In this document: positions 18,017-28,083 of the stretch, in pieces
Numbering within the stretch: the first letter of the stretch is position 1
How the letters are laid out: each line of letters opens with the position of its first letter
NCBI GenBank assembly: GCA_040755855.1
Contig: JBFMAD010000001.1
Span: forward strand, 64,001-128,000
DNA: 64,000 nt
Direction of reading: 5' to 3'
Origin: Planctomycetota bacterium
GTDB lineage: Bacteria > Planctomycetota > Brocadiia > JAADGH01
Made by a program: the position numbers and the translations under genes
Notes under the pieces: model-generated
The model's database searches: none
What the model was told of the DNA's origin: nothing
The model's input: only the letters and a program-made list of their open reading frames with translations

Positions 18017-19858
18017 CTACTTCTTACTTGTCAAATACACCATGAGCACCGAGATATCCGACGGCGTGACTCCCGATATGCGCGACGCCTGGCCGAGCGA
18101 CGCGGGGCGAACCTCGTTCAGCTTCGCCCGCGCCTCGCGCTTCAGGTCCTTGATGCGCTCGTAGTCAATGCCGCCCGGGATGCGCCAGTCCTCCATTCTA
18201 CGAAATTTTTCAATCTGCGCCAACTGGCGCTGAATGTAACCCGCATATTTGAGCTCGATCTCGACCTGCTCGCGGACGCAAGGATCGGGACAGACCTCGC
18301 CGAGTTTCGGACACATCTTCATCACGTTCTCGAATGTCACGTGCGGGCGGCGGAGGTATTGAGCAAGGCTGACCTCCCGGAGGCTGACCTCCCGGAGGTC
18401 GGAACCTCCGGGAGGTCGCGTCTTTTCCATGAAGGCGATCGTCTCCGCGATCTTGCGTTCCTTGTCCTGCAGGGTCGAAAACTGCTCGTCGCCGATGAGA
18501 CCGAGCCGGTGGCCGTGCGCCATCAGCCGCCGGTCGGCGTTGTCCTGCCTGAGGAGCAGGCGGTACTCGGCCCGGGATGTGAACATCCGGTACGGCTCCT
18601 GCGTGCCCTTAGTCACTAAGTCGTCAATGAGCACCCCGATGTAGGCCTCGTCGCGGCGGAGGATGAGCGGCCCTTCCCCGCGCAGCTTCAGCGCCGCGTT
18701 AATCCCGGCCATAATCCCCTGCGCCGCGGCCTCCTCGTAGCCCGACGTGCCGTTGATCTGTCCCGCGTGGAACAGGTTCTCGATCCGCTTCGTCTCCAGC
18801 GACGGCTTGAGCTGCGTCGGCGGGACGAAGTCGTACTCGATGGCGTAGCCGTACACCGTGATCGCGGCCTCCTCCAGGCCGGGGACGGAGCGCACCATCG
18901 CCTCCTGCACGTCCTTCGGCACGCTCGTAGCCAGGCCGTTGCAGTAGACCTCGGTGGTGTCCAGGCCCTCCGGCTCAATGAAGATCTGGTGCTCGTCCTT
19001 GTCGGGAAACCGCACGACCTTCAGTTCCACCGAGGGACAGTACCGCGGTCCGGCGCTCTTGATCTGCCCGGTGAAGAGCGGAGCGCGATCGAGGTTTTTG
19101 CGCAGAATCTCATGGGTCTCCGCCGTGGTCCATGTGAGGTGACACGGGACCTGCGGGCGGGTGATGCGCTTCGTCGAAAAAGAGAACGGCGTCGGATCAG
19201 GATCGCCCGGCTGCTTCGTCATTTTCCCGTAGTTGATGGTCTTCCCTTCAAGGCGAGGCGGCGTGCCGGTCTTGAGGCGGCCGATCTCCAGCCCGTGGGC
19301 GGCGAGGCTGGCCGAAAGGCGCTCCGCCGACGGCTCGCCGATGCGCCCGCCGATCTCCTGGTGCTCGCCAATGTGGATCAGCCCCTTGAGGAACGTGCCC
19401 GTCGTCAGGATGACGGCCCGCGTCCCGTACTCGTTGCCGGAATGCGTGCGGACGCCGACGGCCTTGCCGTCGCGCACCAGAAGCTCGTCCACGGTGTCTT
19501 CAAGGACCCTCAGCCGCTCCTGCGCCTCGATGTGGCGGCGCATCTCCTCGCGGTAGAGCTTACGGTCCGCCTGGGCGCGGGGGGAGCGCATGGCGGGGCC
19601 CTTGCGCTGGTTCAACATGCGGAACTGGATGCCTGTCGCGTCAGTCACCTTCGCCATCTCCCCGCCGAGGGCGTCCACCTCACGAACGAGTTGCCCCTTG
19701 GCCAGGCCGCCGATGGCCGGGTTGCACGACATCTGGGCGATACGGTCACGCCGGATCGTGAAGAGGGCCGTCTCCATGCCCATCCGTGCGGCGGCGAGGG
19801 CCGCCTCGCACCCCGCGTGGCCCGCGCCGACGACGATGATGTCGAAATCACCCTTCAC
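18017..19858 (-). CDS. mnmG: tRNA uridine-5-carboxymethylaminomethyl(34) synthesis enzyme MnmG (GidA)
   Basis: GAGHAGCEAA, MSCNPAIGG, LKTGTPPR, GPRYCPS, AGQINGTSGYEEAAAQG, YRMFTSRAEYRL. Confidence 0.98.
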   Translation of the reverse strand: MKGDFDIIVVGAGHAGCEAALAAARMGMETALFTIRRDRIAQMSCNPAIGGLAKGQLVREVDALGGEMAKVTDATGIQFRMLNQRKGPAMRSPRAQADRKLYREEMRRHIEAQERLRVLEDTVDELLVRDGKAVGVRTHSGNEYGTRAVILTTGTFLKGLIHIGEHQEIGGRIGEPSAERLSASLAAHGLEIGRLKTGTPPRLEGKTINYGKMTKQPGDPDPTPFSFSTKRITRPQVPCHLTWTTAETHEILRKNLDRAPLFTGQIKSAGPRYCPSVELKVVRFPDKDEHQIFIEPEGLDTTEVYCNGLATSVPKDVQEAMVRSVPGLEEAAITVYGYAIEYDFVPPTQLKPSLETKRIENLFHAGQINGTSGYEEAAAQGIMAGINAALKLRGEGPLILRRDEAYIGVLIDDLVTKGTQEPYRMFTSRAEYRLLLRQDNADRRLMAHGHRLGLIGDEQFSTLQDKERKIAETIAFMEKTRPPGGSDLREVSLREVSLAQYLRRPHVTFENVMKMCPKLGEVCPDPCVREQVEIELKYAGYIQRQLAQIEKFRRMEDWRIPGGIDYERIKDLKREARAKLNEVRPASLGQASRISGVTPSDISVLMVYLTSKK

Positions 19859-19876
19859 GTGCGTTCCTTGTCAAAC

Positions 19877-19983
19877 ATCCTACTCCTGCTCCTAATCCTA
19901 ATCTTAATCCTAATCGTAATCTCCTCCGGCAGAGATCAAGATTAGGATTAAGATTAGGATTAAGATTAGGATTACGATTAAGA
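19877..19983. repeat. Inverted arrays of a 6-mer (TAATCY)n / (RGATTA)n
   Basis: About 7 units TAATCC/TAATCT at 19877-19922 facing about 8 units AGATTA/GGATTA at 19933-19983. Confidence 0.9.
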
Positions 19984-20027
19984 ACTACTTATTACCAGAA
20001 ATAGGGCAAAAAGTCCATGCCTTGCCC

Positions 20028-20056
20028 TTGACGCGAAGGCGAGGAATCGGCATAAT
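20028..20056 (+). promoter_or_regulatory. Sigma70-type promoter
   Basis: TTGACG-N17-CATAAT. Confidence 0.5.
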
Positions 20057-20096
20057 GCGGGTGATATGTCTTTCGATGGAGGAATCGGCAGGGCCA

Positions 20097-20669
20097 ATGA
20101 AAAAGGACATCATCTACTTCGAGAAGGCCGGCCGGCGGAACACGGACGACGTTATAGCGGCCGTTGCCGCGCGGGCCGACGAGTTGGACATCAGGCACGT
20201 GGTCGTCGCGTCCACATCGGGCGAAACGGCGCGCAAGTTCAACGAGGCGCTCAGGGGCCGGGGGATATCCGTCGTCTGCGTCACCCTCCACGCCGGCTGG
20301 AAAGAGAAGGACCACAAGTTCCTCAGCGACGAGGCGCGCAGACGGTTGGAGGCGGACGGGATTCGCGTGGTCATGTCTATCCACGCCCTAAGCGGCGTGG
20401 GGCGGTCTATCTCCGACAAGTTCGGCACGATCTCGCACGTCGAGATCATCGCCCACGTCCTGAAGCTCATGGGCGAGGGCATGAAGGTCGCTGTCGAGGT
20501 GTCGGTCATGGCCGCCGACGCCGGGGCCATTCCCACCGACCGGGAGATCATCGCCGTTGGTGGGAGCGGCAGCGGCGCGGACACGGCGATCGTCCTGAAG
20601 GCCGCGCACCAGAACAATTTCTTCGATCTCGAGATTCGAGAAATTATCGCTATGCCTCGGAAGAAATGA
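20097..20669 (+). CDS. Stand-alone pyruvate kinase C-terminal (alpha/beta) domain protein
   Basis: YFEKAGRRNT, VVASTSGETA, VTLHAG, HALSGVGRS, GMKVAVE...AADAG, GADTA. Confidence 0.8.
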   Translation: MKKDIIYFEKAGRRNTDDVIAAVAARADELDIRHVVVASTSGETARKFNEALRGRGISVVCVTLHAGWKEKDHKFLSDEARRRLEADGIRVVMSIHALSGVGRSISDKFGTISHVEIIAHVLKLMGEGMKVAVEVSVMAADAGAIPTDREIIAVGGSGSGADTAIVLKAAHQNNFFDLEIREIIAMPRKK

Positions 20670-21454
20670 AACGATACAGAGGCTACATCTTCGACTTGGA
20701 CGGCACGATCTACCGGGGGCCGAGCCTTATCCCCGGCGCCAAGGAGACGATCGAGTGGCTCCGCGGCAAGGGGGCGGGATGCCTGTTCCTCTCGAACAAA
20801 GCCATCCAGACGCGCGAGACCTACGCCAAGAAGCTGAACGATCTGGGCATCCCCGTCGAGGTCGGCGACGTCATCAACTCGTCCCTCGTCACGGCGTCGT
20901 ACCTCGCGGAGCACGAGCCCAAGGCGCGGCTGTACGTCATCGGCGAGAGGCCCCTGATTGATGAGCTCGCCGCCGCGGGCCTGCGTCTGGCCGAATCGCC
21001 GGATGAGACGGACATCGTGGTGGTCTCCTTCGACCGCACATTCCACTACGGCAAGCTGGACTTCGCCTTCAACGCCATCAAGCGGGGGGCGCGGATCATC
21101 GCCACGAACGCGGACAAGACATGCCCCGTGGAGGACGGCGTCGAATTGCCCGACGCGGCGCCCATCATCGGCGCCCTCAAGGCCGTCACCGGCAAGGGGC
21201 CGGAGCGGGTGATGGGGAAGCCATCCACGCTGATCCTCGAGGTGGCGTGTCGCCGCTTGGGCCTCGACCCGTGCGACTGTCTCATGGTCGGCGACCGGCT
21301 GGAGACGGACATGGTCATGGGCCGGGCGGCGGGCATGGGCACGGCGCTGGTCCTGAGCGGGGTGACGCAGCGAAACGATCTTGACAAGATGGACATAAAA
21401 CCGGATTATATACTGGAAAGCGTTGCCGACATCATGGAGAGCCAATCAACATGA
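20666..21454 (+). CDS. HAD-IIA family hydrolase (NagD-like)
   Basis: FDLDGTIY, LSN, MGKPS, MVGDRLETD; ATGA overlap with the upstream gene. Confidence 0.9.
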   Translation: MKRYRGYIFDLDGTIYRGPSLIPGAKETIEWLRGKGAGCLFLSNKAIQTRETYAKKLNDLGIPVEVGDVINSSLVTASYLAEHEPKARLYVIGERPLIDELAAAGLRLAESPDETDIVVVSFDRTFHYGKLDFAFNAIKRGARIIATNADKTCPVEDGVELPDAAPIIGALKAVTGKGPERVMGKPSTLILEVACRRLGLDPCDCLMVGDRLETDMVMGRAAGMGTALVLSGVTQRNDLDKMDIKPDYILESVADIMESQST

Positions 21455-22914
21455 GATGCATCCGCCTCGTCGCTCTTGCGGCAATGAGTCTCGTTTGCTC
21501 CGTCGCCCACACGCAGGGCGTAAAGGCCCCGCTTCCCGATCCGGTCATCATCTGCCCCCCCAACGCCACGGCCATCGAGACCTTCGCCGCGCAGGAGCTG
21601 GCCCGGGCCATTGAGGCGATGACCGGCAAGAGGCCGGATGTGGTGAATGCGTTATCGGGCGCAAAGGCGAGCAAGATCGTCCTTCTCAACGCAAAGGCGC
21701 CGGCCAAAGGCCCGGCGCCGGACCAGGCCTATTCGATCCTCTACGATGAGAAGGAAGGCAAACCCGAGGTTCTCATCACCGGCAAGGACCGCAGCCTCCT
21801 CTACGCGGTTCGCGACCTGAGCGGAAAATATCTTTCCGGCAAGGAACGGCAGTTGTTTGTGGAAAAAATTTCGCTCACCGAGACGCCCGCCGCGCCTCGC
21901 CGATACCTCTGGCTGTGGCTGCAAAACCTGAAGGGAGACTGGAAGCCCTTCATTGACTTCGCCAGCGAGTGGAAGTGCAACGGCGTCGTCATCTGGGGCC
22001 TGGATGCCTGGAAGGACGATAAGCTTTGCCGGGAGATATGCGTCTACGCCCACGAGCGGGGGGTGGATGTGCTTCACGGATTCGGCGTCAACGGATATCA
22101 CGAGGGCAAGCACATCTGCGAGACGATCCCGGAGGCAAAGGCCGTCATCCCGGAGAAATTCCATAATACGGAAAATGGAAAATGGAGCCTCGATGCGCTC
22201 TACTGCCCCTCCAATGAAAAGGCCCAGGCGGCGATCAAGGAGATGCTCCTCAAGGCCGCCGACGCAGGCATTGACGGGTTCAATTTCGAGACGGCCGATG
22301 TGGATTACATCCTGTGTCACTGCCCCAAGTGCGAGGCCCGCTTCAAACACCAGAGCGAAGAGCTGCACGCCAACAAGCCCATCGAATGGCCCATCGAGCA
22401 CACAAACATGGCCGTCGAGTTCCTGAGCGCGGAGCGGCCGAACCTGTGGCTCTGCGCGGAATATGCAATCCAAAAATTCGACCCGGCGCCCTACGTGGGT
22501 TCAGCCAAACTCGAACGCCTGGCGAAGGAGATCAACAAGCGGTGCACGGTGATCTGGTGCGAGTCCATGGCTCCGCCGCAGCCGATCGCCGAGGCGCTCA
22601 TCCAGATGCGGCCGGAGTCGGGCTTCTACATCCGCAGCGGAGCGATCCTCGGCATCGAGGGATCGGAGAAATACAAATGGGAGGACGAACTGGCGGCCAT
22701 GAGACGCCTCATCCCCCTCGAACCCAAGTGCGTCATGTACCGCTCCGGCATCCCGGGCGGCTACCTCGCCGCGAAGATGGCCGTCGCCGCCGAGGCCATG
22801 TGGAATCCCAAGCGGGCGGACGATTACTTCCAGGGGGTCTTCGACCGCGTTACCGGCATGACGAAGCCCGGCGGGAAGTACGCGGTGAAGGAAGAAAAAC
22901 CAAAACAGCCGTAG
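21451..22914 (+). CDS. Exported hypothetical protein, possible glycoside hydrolase-like fold
   Basis: Signal peptide; FAAQELARAIEAMTG (GH20/GH67-like N-domain); LCHCPKC. Confidence 0.7.
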   Translation: MRCIRLVALAAMSLVCSVAHTQGVKAPLPDPVIICPPNATAIETFAAQELARAIEAMTGKRPDVVNALSGAKASKIVLLNAKAPAKGPAPDQAYSILYDEKEGKPEVLITGKDRSLLYAVRDLSGKYLSGKERQLFVEKISLTETPAAPRRYLWLWLQNLKGDWKPFIDFASEWKCNGVVIWGLDAWKDDKLCREICVYAHERGVDVLHGFGVNGYHEGKHICETIPEAKAVIPEKFHNTENGKWSLDALYCPSNEKAQAAIKEMLLKAADAGIDGFNFETADVDYILCHCPKCEARFKHQSEELHANKPIEWPIEHTNMAVEFLSAERPNLWLCAEYAIQKFDPAPYVGSAKLERLAKEINKRCTVIWCESMAPPQPIAEALIQMRPESGFYIRSGAILGIEGSEKYKWEDELAAMRRLIPLEPKCVMYRSGIPGGYLAAKMAVAAEAMWNPKRADDYFQGVFDRVTGMTKPGGKYAVKEEKPKQP

Positions 22915-23077
22915 CCATGCGCTGAAAAGGGGGCAGACGCGAGCGGCGTCAAGTCAAGGACATGGGCCGTCGCCGGTAACTTGCGTGTGCGGCGCAATGA
23001 CAAATGCCGAAAGAATACCCAAAGCCACGTAGCGGAAGTCGCCAGACTTCCGACGAGCCGCCCATAGGAGAATACGC

Positions 23078-26000
23078 ATGACCCCGAAGAAAGCCTGCCC
23101 TGTTATCCTTGCCGCAATCCTGTTTCTCTGCGGAACCGTCCTCACCGATGACTGGCCGACATACCAGTCCGACCCCGGACGCTCCGGCGCGACGGCCGAT
23201 AGCCTGAGTTTCCCGCTGGCAACCCAATGGACCTACCAGCCGAAACAGCCCCCCCTCCCCGCCTGGCCCGAACCCGGCAAGGAACTTCACCGGATGGACT
23301 TCGACTACTCCTTCCAGCCCGTGGTCGCCAGGGGGATCGTTTACTTCGGCTCCTCCGCCGACGATACGCTCCGCGCCCTGAACGCCGAGACGGGGGATCT
23401 GCTCTGGCGCTTCACCACCGACGGCCCGATCCGCTTCGCGCCGATGATTGCCGGCGGCAGGGCCTACGCTGCATCGGACGACGGACATCTCTACTGCCTC
23501 GACGCCAAGACCGGAAAGGCGCTGTGGAAAAAACGCCTCGCCCCCGGCGACGACCGGATCATCGGCAACGGGCGGATGATCTCGCGCTGGCCCTGCCGGA
23601 CGGGGGCGCTGGTGGTGGATGACGTCGTCTATTGCACGGCGGGCATGTGGCCCACGGAGGGGGCCTACATCTATGCCCTCGACGCGGCGACCGGCGACGA
23701 GCGCTGGTGCAACGACAGCAGCGGGTCCATCTACGTGGACCTCCCCCACCCCGGGGCGATGGGCTTCAGCGCCGTGGCCCCGCAGGGATACCTCCTCGTC
23801 CGGGGCGACATCCTCCTCGTCCCCACCGGGCGGTGCATCCCCGCTGCCTTCAATCGTCACACAGGACGCTTGCTCCACTACAAACCCGCCGATGCCCTCT
23901 TCAACGGCGGCGCATGGACTACGTCAACGGAGGGCTTCTACTTCAATCCCAAGAACCGATTCCAGAACCCCTCCGAGGCGTTCATCGGCGAAGCGGACCC
24001 TGTCCCCGGCGACGGCATGCTCATGTATTCCTTTGCCTCCGGTGATCCGGAGACGGCCTTCAACGGAAAGTACCGCGTGCTCGCCTCGGGGGATACCCTC
24101 TACACCGTCGGCATGGGGACCATTGACGCGCTGGACATGGCGACGCTCCGGGGGAAGAAGCGAGTGACCAAGTGGTCCACCCCCCACGAGGCCCGCGTCT
24201 ATTCCATCGCCCTCGCCGGGCAGACGCTCCTCACCGGCAATCGGGGGTCCATCACGGCGTTTAACGCCGCCGACGGCAAGGTCGTCTGGAACTGCGATGT
24301 GGACGGGCAGGTGCGCGGTCTGGCGGTCAGCGACGGGCGGGGCTTCGCTTCCACGGACAAGGGGACCTTACTCTGCCTTGGCCCAGGAAAGACGAATGCG
24401 AAGAAGATAACGGAAAGCAAGGAACCGACGACACCTTCTCCAGAGGCGAGCAATGCCGCGAAGGGCATCATCACAACGTCCGGCAAGGCGGAGGGTTATG
24501 CCTTCGTCATCGGCGAGCCGGATAGCCAATTGGCCGAGGCCATCGCCGCGCAGACGAAGCTCTGCGTCGTTAACGTGCTGAAGGGCGAGGCGAACGTCCA
24601 GTCCGAACGGGATCGGTTGTTCAAGGCCGGGCTCTATGGATCGCGCGTGCATGTGCAGGGGCTGGAGGATATGTCTCGGCTTCCGTACGGGTCCTATTTC
24701 GCCGATCTGGTCGTCGTCTCCAACAAGTCAAGCGGGGCGTCCCCGACGGAATGTTATCGTCTCCTGCGTCCGTGCGGGGGAAAGATGTGCTTCGTCGGAT
24801 TCGCCCGGACAGAGGCCGATGAGTTTGTCAAGAAAGCGACAGTGTCCGAAGGAGAGTTCTCGGAGGCGGACCGGATCGTCGTCAGAGGCACGCTGCCCGG
24901 CGCGGCGGACTGGCGTTATCCCTGGGCCGACGGCGGCCGAAGCGGCGTGGGCAAGGACACGCGCGTCCGCCTGCCGATGGACCTCCTCTGGTTCGGCGGG
25001 CCGGGGCCGGACCGCTTGGTGGACCGCCACCTGATGGGCTCTCCCCCCGTCTCGGCGAACGGGCGCGTGTTCATGCAGGGGGAGAACCACGTCATCGCCT
25101 TCGACGCCTACAATGGGCGGGAGCTCTGGAGCCGCGAGATTCAGGGCGTGGGCCGAAAGTACTCCCAGTACTACTCCAGCAGTCTCGTGACCGACAGCGA
25201 CGGCGTTTACGTCGTGCAGCGCGACCAATGCCACCGCCTCGACGCGGCCACCGGCGAGATCATCGCCACCTATGCCATCCCCGACGCGGCAGTCCAGGGC
25301 ATTTCCCCGGCGCCCGTCCCGGACTACATGGACGTCGAGTGGCCAAAGGTCTGGCAGGTGTTTGGGCCGCTCCCCGGCGGGGCCGGGGCGAAGCCGCCGC
25401 TCAAGCCGGCAGACCTGAAGGCCGTGCCGGAGCGGATAACGGTGAAGGACAAGGAGTACGTCGCGACCCGGATCGAGGCCGCAGATCATCTCATTGACTT
25501 CACGACCCTCTACGGCGGCTACGGCTTCAAGCCGTTGGCGCCGGGCGAGAAGCCGAAGGCGCGCCAGCAGAAAGGCACGGATTTCAGCTTCCCCGACGTG
25601 GGCCGGATGTGTTACGCCTTTGCGAAAATCAACTTCCCAACAGACGGGAAGCTGCTGATCGGCGCGGGGGCCGACTGGTGGATGCAGTGGTACCTTGACG
25701 GCAGGCCCATCTTCGACACACTCAAGGACGGGAACATCGGCAACCGCGACAACTTCTTCGGCAAGCCCTGCGCGCCGGAAGATTTCGTCTTCGATGTGGA
25801 CGTGGCCGCGGGCGAGCACGTGCTGGCCGTGATGGTGAAGGCGGGCAGCCGTGGCTGGGCGCTGGCGTCGGACAGCGTGGCGAAGCGGGCCAGGGAGCTG
25901 CAGCCCATCTCCGCAGGCGAGGACCCGAACGTGCCCAATCTTCGCGACATGGTCTGGGGCTACCTGTCCGTGACGGACGACCTTGTTCTCGGCGGCTACA

Positions 26001-28003
26001 ACGTCCCGATCATGGAGGGCCAGTCGGCGGAGTCGCACCTCATCTGGCGGTCCGAGGGCAAGGCTGTCTTTGCGCTGGACAAGCAGGACGGATCGCTCCG
26101 ATGGGTCTATCGCCCCGAGGGCGACCGGATCGTTGCGAATATCGAGATCGCCTTCGGCGACGGGAAACTGTTCCTCATAGACGGCACGTCGAAGGCGGAC
26201 CTGGTGAAGGCGAGACACCGCGGCGAGAAGATCGACGCGAAGCTCACGCTTGTCGCCCTGAACCTGGCCGACGGCAAGGAGCTGTGGCGGCAGGACGACG
26301 TGCCGATGCTCGGCGACCGCGACATCCCGACGCGGCTGAAGTCGAATCTCACCCACCTCTTCATGGGCATGCCCAACTGGGGGCATCTCATCTACGCCGA
26401 TGGCGTGGTTGTTTACGGCGCAAATGCGGCCTACGACGCGGCCACCGGCAAGAAACTCTGGTCCAGAGCGAAGCGCCCCCAGGACCTCCCCATCGTCCTC
26501 GGCAAATGGCTCCTCGCCCATCCGTTCGCCATTGATCTTCGCACCGCCGAGGAGCGCATGACAAAGGACCTCCTCACCGGCGAGGAGGTCCCCTGGCGGC
26601 ACCAGCGCACCTACGGCTGCGGGCCGACGCTGGGAAACGAGAATGTGCTCTTCTTCCGATCCGGGGCGAACGGGTTCTTCGACATGCTCGCCGACGGCAC
26701 GACGAACTTCGGGGGAACCCGGTCGGGCTGCTCCCGGAGCATGCTCACCGCGAATGGCCTGCTCATTCATCCCGAAGGCTTCAGTGGGTGCTGCTGCTCC
26801 TACAGCTACCAGACCTGCCTCGCGCTGATCCCCAGCTCCGACCGGAGCAACTGGTGGTACGTCTTTCCGCAGTACGCCGGCGGTGGCCTTATCAGGCGCA
26901 TGGCCGTCAACTTCGGCGCGCCCGGCGACCAGAAGGACGATCAGGGCAACGCATGGCTCGGCTTCCCCCGGCCCATGATCTCGAACGCCTGCCCCGCGCC
27001 GGTGGCCATTCTCATGGAAAACGCCTCCTGCGACTACCGGCGGCGCGCCACGGCGACGATCAAGGGCGCGGACTCGCCCTGGCTCTATTCCTCGTATCTG
27101 CGCGGGCGCGGGCAGATCGCCATCGGCCTCGTCCTCCAGCCGAGCGTACTTCTCCCCACTTGCGACGAAAAGCCGACGATTGACGGCAAGCTGGACGACC
27201 CTTGCTGGAAGGCCGTGAACGCCGTGCCCTTCGAGAACACGCCGTTCTCGCTCCTCGGGGCGAGCGTGGACCTGCGCATCTGCCGCGACGCGGAAAACAT
27301 CTACTTCGGCTACCACCGCAAGCCGATCTCCGATCCGCCGAAGGGGGCTGACGAAGCCGCCCTGGGCCAGAGCGACGAGTTCCAGATCTACATCGGCGAT
27401 CAAGGCCAGAAAATCGGCATCCGATGCGGCGTGAAACGCAACGGCGAGACCTTCGCCCGGTTCGGCACGGTGGATCGCTACCCGAAGGACGATCCTCGCT
27501 GGAAAGGCGAGTGGACGTGCGCCGCAACACAGACGCCGGAGGCGTGGAGCGCAGAGGCGGCGATCCCGATCAAGACGCTTACGGATGCCGGGATTGATCT
27601 GAAGCGGCTGAACCTGAACTGCATGTCGCGGAACTTGACGGGGGCGGGGTCGGAGGCGATCTTCCTTGTGGACCCGCGGTATGGCGCGGACTTCAAGCGC
27701 TGCGTCGGGTTTCGGCGGGTCATTCCTGCGCCCGCGAAGGCCCCGGAGGAGCGGTCGTTCACGGTGCGGATGCACTTCGCCGAGCTCGACGGCGCGGAAG
27801 TCGGCCAACGGGTCTTCGACGTGGCGATCCAGGGAAAGACCGTGGCCGAGGGCCTCGACATCGCGCGGGAGGCGGGTGGAAAGAACACCGCCCTCGTGAA
27901 GGAGTTCAAGGCTATCAAGGCAAGCGACAGGATCGTCATTGAACTGGTCCCTAAGACGAAGATGGACCCAGTCATCTGTGCCGTCGAGGTCGTCGAGGAG
28001 TGA
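23078..28003 (+). CDS. Large exported PQQ-type beta-propeller repeat protein with C-terminal malectin-like domain
   Basis: DWPTYQSD, repeated ALDAxTGxxxW motifs, PTIDGKLDDPCW (CBM9-like), VRMHFAE...GQRVFDVAIQG (malectin-like). Confidence 0.85.
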   Translation: MTPKKACPVILAAILFLCGTVLTDDWPTYQSDPGRSGATADSLSFPLATQWTYQPKQPPLPAWPEPGKELHRMDFDYSFQPVVARGIVYFGSSADDTLRALNAETGDLLWRFTTDGPIRFAPMIAGGRAYAASDDGHLYCLDAKTGKALWKKRLAPGDDRIIGNGRMISRWPCRTGALVVDDVVYCTAGMWPTEGAYIYALDAATGDERWCNDSSGSIYVDLPHPGAMGFSAVAPQGYLLVRGDILLVPTGRCIPAAFNRHTGRLLHYKPADALFNGGAWTTSTEGFYFNPKNRFQNPSEAFIGEADPVPGDGMLMYSFASGDPETAFNGKYRVLASGDTLYTVGMGTIDALDMATLRGKKRVTKWSTPHEARVYSIALAGQTLLTGNRGSITAFNAADGKVVWNCDVDGQVRGLAVSDGRGFASTDKGTLLCLGPGKTNAKKITESKEPTTPSPEASNAAKGIITTSGKAEGYAFVIGEPDSQLAEAIAAQTKLCVVNVLKGEANVQSERDRLFKAGLYGSRVHVQGLEDMSRLPYGSYFADLVVVSNKSSGASPTECYRLLRPCGGKMCFVGFARTEADEFVKKATVSEGEFSEADRIVVRGTLPGAADWRYPWADGGRSGVGKDTRVRLPMDLLWFGGPGPDRLVDRHLMGSPPVSANGRVFMQGENHVIAFDAYNGRELWSREIQGVGRKYSQYYSSSLVTDSDGVYVVQRDQCHRLDAATGEIIATYAIPDAAVQGISPAPVPDYMDVEWPKVWQVFGPLPGGAGAKPPLKPADLKAVPERITVKDKEYVATRIEAADHLIDFTTLYGGYGFKPLAPGEKPKARQQKGTDFSFPDVGRMCYAFAKINFPTDGKLLIGAGADWWMQWYLDGRPIFDTLKDGNIGNRDNFFGKPCAPEDFVFDVDVAAGEHVLAVMVKAGSRGWALASDSVAKRARELQPISAGEDPNVPNLRDMVWGYLSVTDDLVLGGYNVPIMEGQSAESHLIWRSEGKAVFALDKQDGSLRWVYRPEGDRIVANIEIAFGDGKLFLIDGTSKADLVKARHRGEKIDAKLTLVALNLADGKELWRQDDVPMLGDRDIPTRLKSNLTHLFMGMPNWGHLIYADGVVVYGANAAYDAATGKKLWSRAKRPQDLPIVLGKWLLAHPFAIDLRTAEERMTKDLLTGEEVPWRHQRTYGCGPTLGNENVLFFRSGANGFFDMLADGTTNFGGTRSGCSRSMLTANGLLIHPEGFSGCCCSYSYQTCLALIPSSDRSNWWYVFPQYAGGGLIRRMAVNFGAPGDQKDDQGNAWLGFPRPMISNACPAPVAILMENASCDYRRRATATIKGADSPWLYSSYLRGRGQIAIGLVLQPSVLLPTCDEKPTIDGKLDDPCWKAVNAVPFENTPFSLLGASVDLRICRDAENIYFGYHRKPISDPPKGADEAALGQSDEFQIYIGDQGQKIGIRCGVKRNGETFARFGTVDRYPKDDPRWKGEWTCAATQTPEAWSAEAAIPIKTLTDAGIDLKRLNLNCMSRNLTGAGSEAIFLVDPRYGADFKRCVGFRRVIPAPAKAPEERSFTVRMHFAELDGAEVGQRVFDVAIQGKTVAEGLDIAREAGGKNTALVKEFKAIKASDRIVIELVPKTKMDPVICAVEVVEE

Positions 28004-28010
28004 CAGGAAG

Positions 28011-28050
28011 GTCGAAGAGTCGAAAGGTCGAAGGGTCAAAGAGCAAGAAA
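28011..28050 (+). repeat. Left 8-mer tandem array (GTCGAAGA)n flanking the four-helix-bundle gene
   Basis: GTCGAAGA GTCGAAAG GTCGAAGG GTCAAAGA GCAAGAAA. Confidence 0.85.
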
Positions 28051-28083
28051 TAGTGGGAGATATTTGACAGAAGGGAGAGGAAA

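Noticed and set aside
20066..21454. 462-aa ORF suggesting an N-terminally extended HAD hydrolase
   Set aside because: The first 200 codons are an alternate frame of the upstream gene; the real start is ATG 20666 (ATGA overlap).
24728..28039. 1103-aa minus-strand ORF and many similar long antisense ORFs
   Set aside because: Shadow frames of GC-rich genes with clear motifs on the opposite strand; no recognisable domains.
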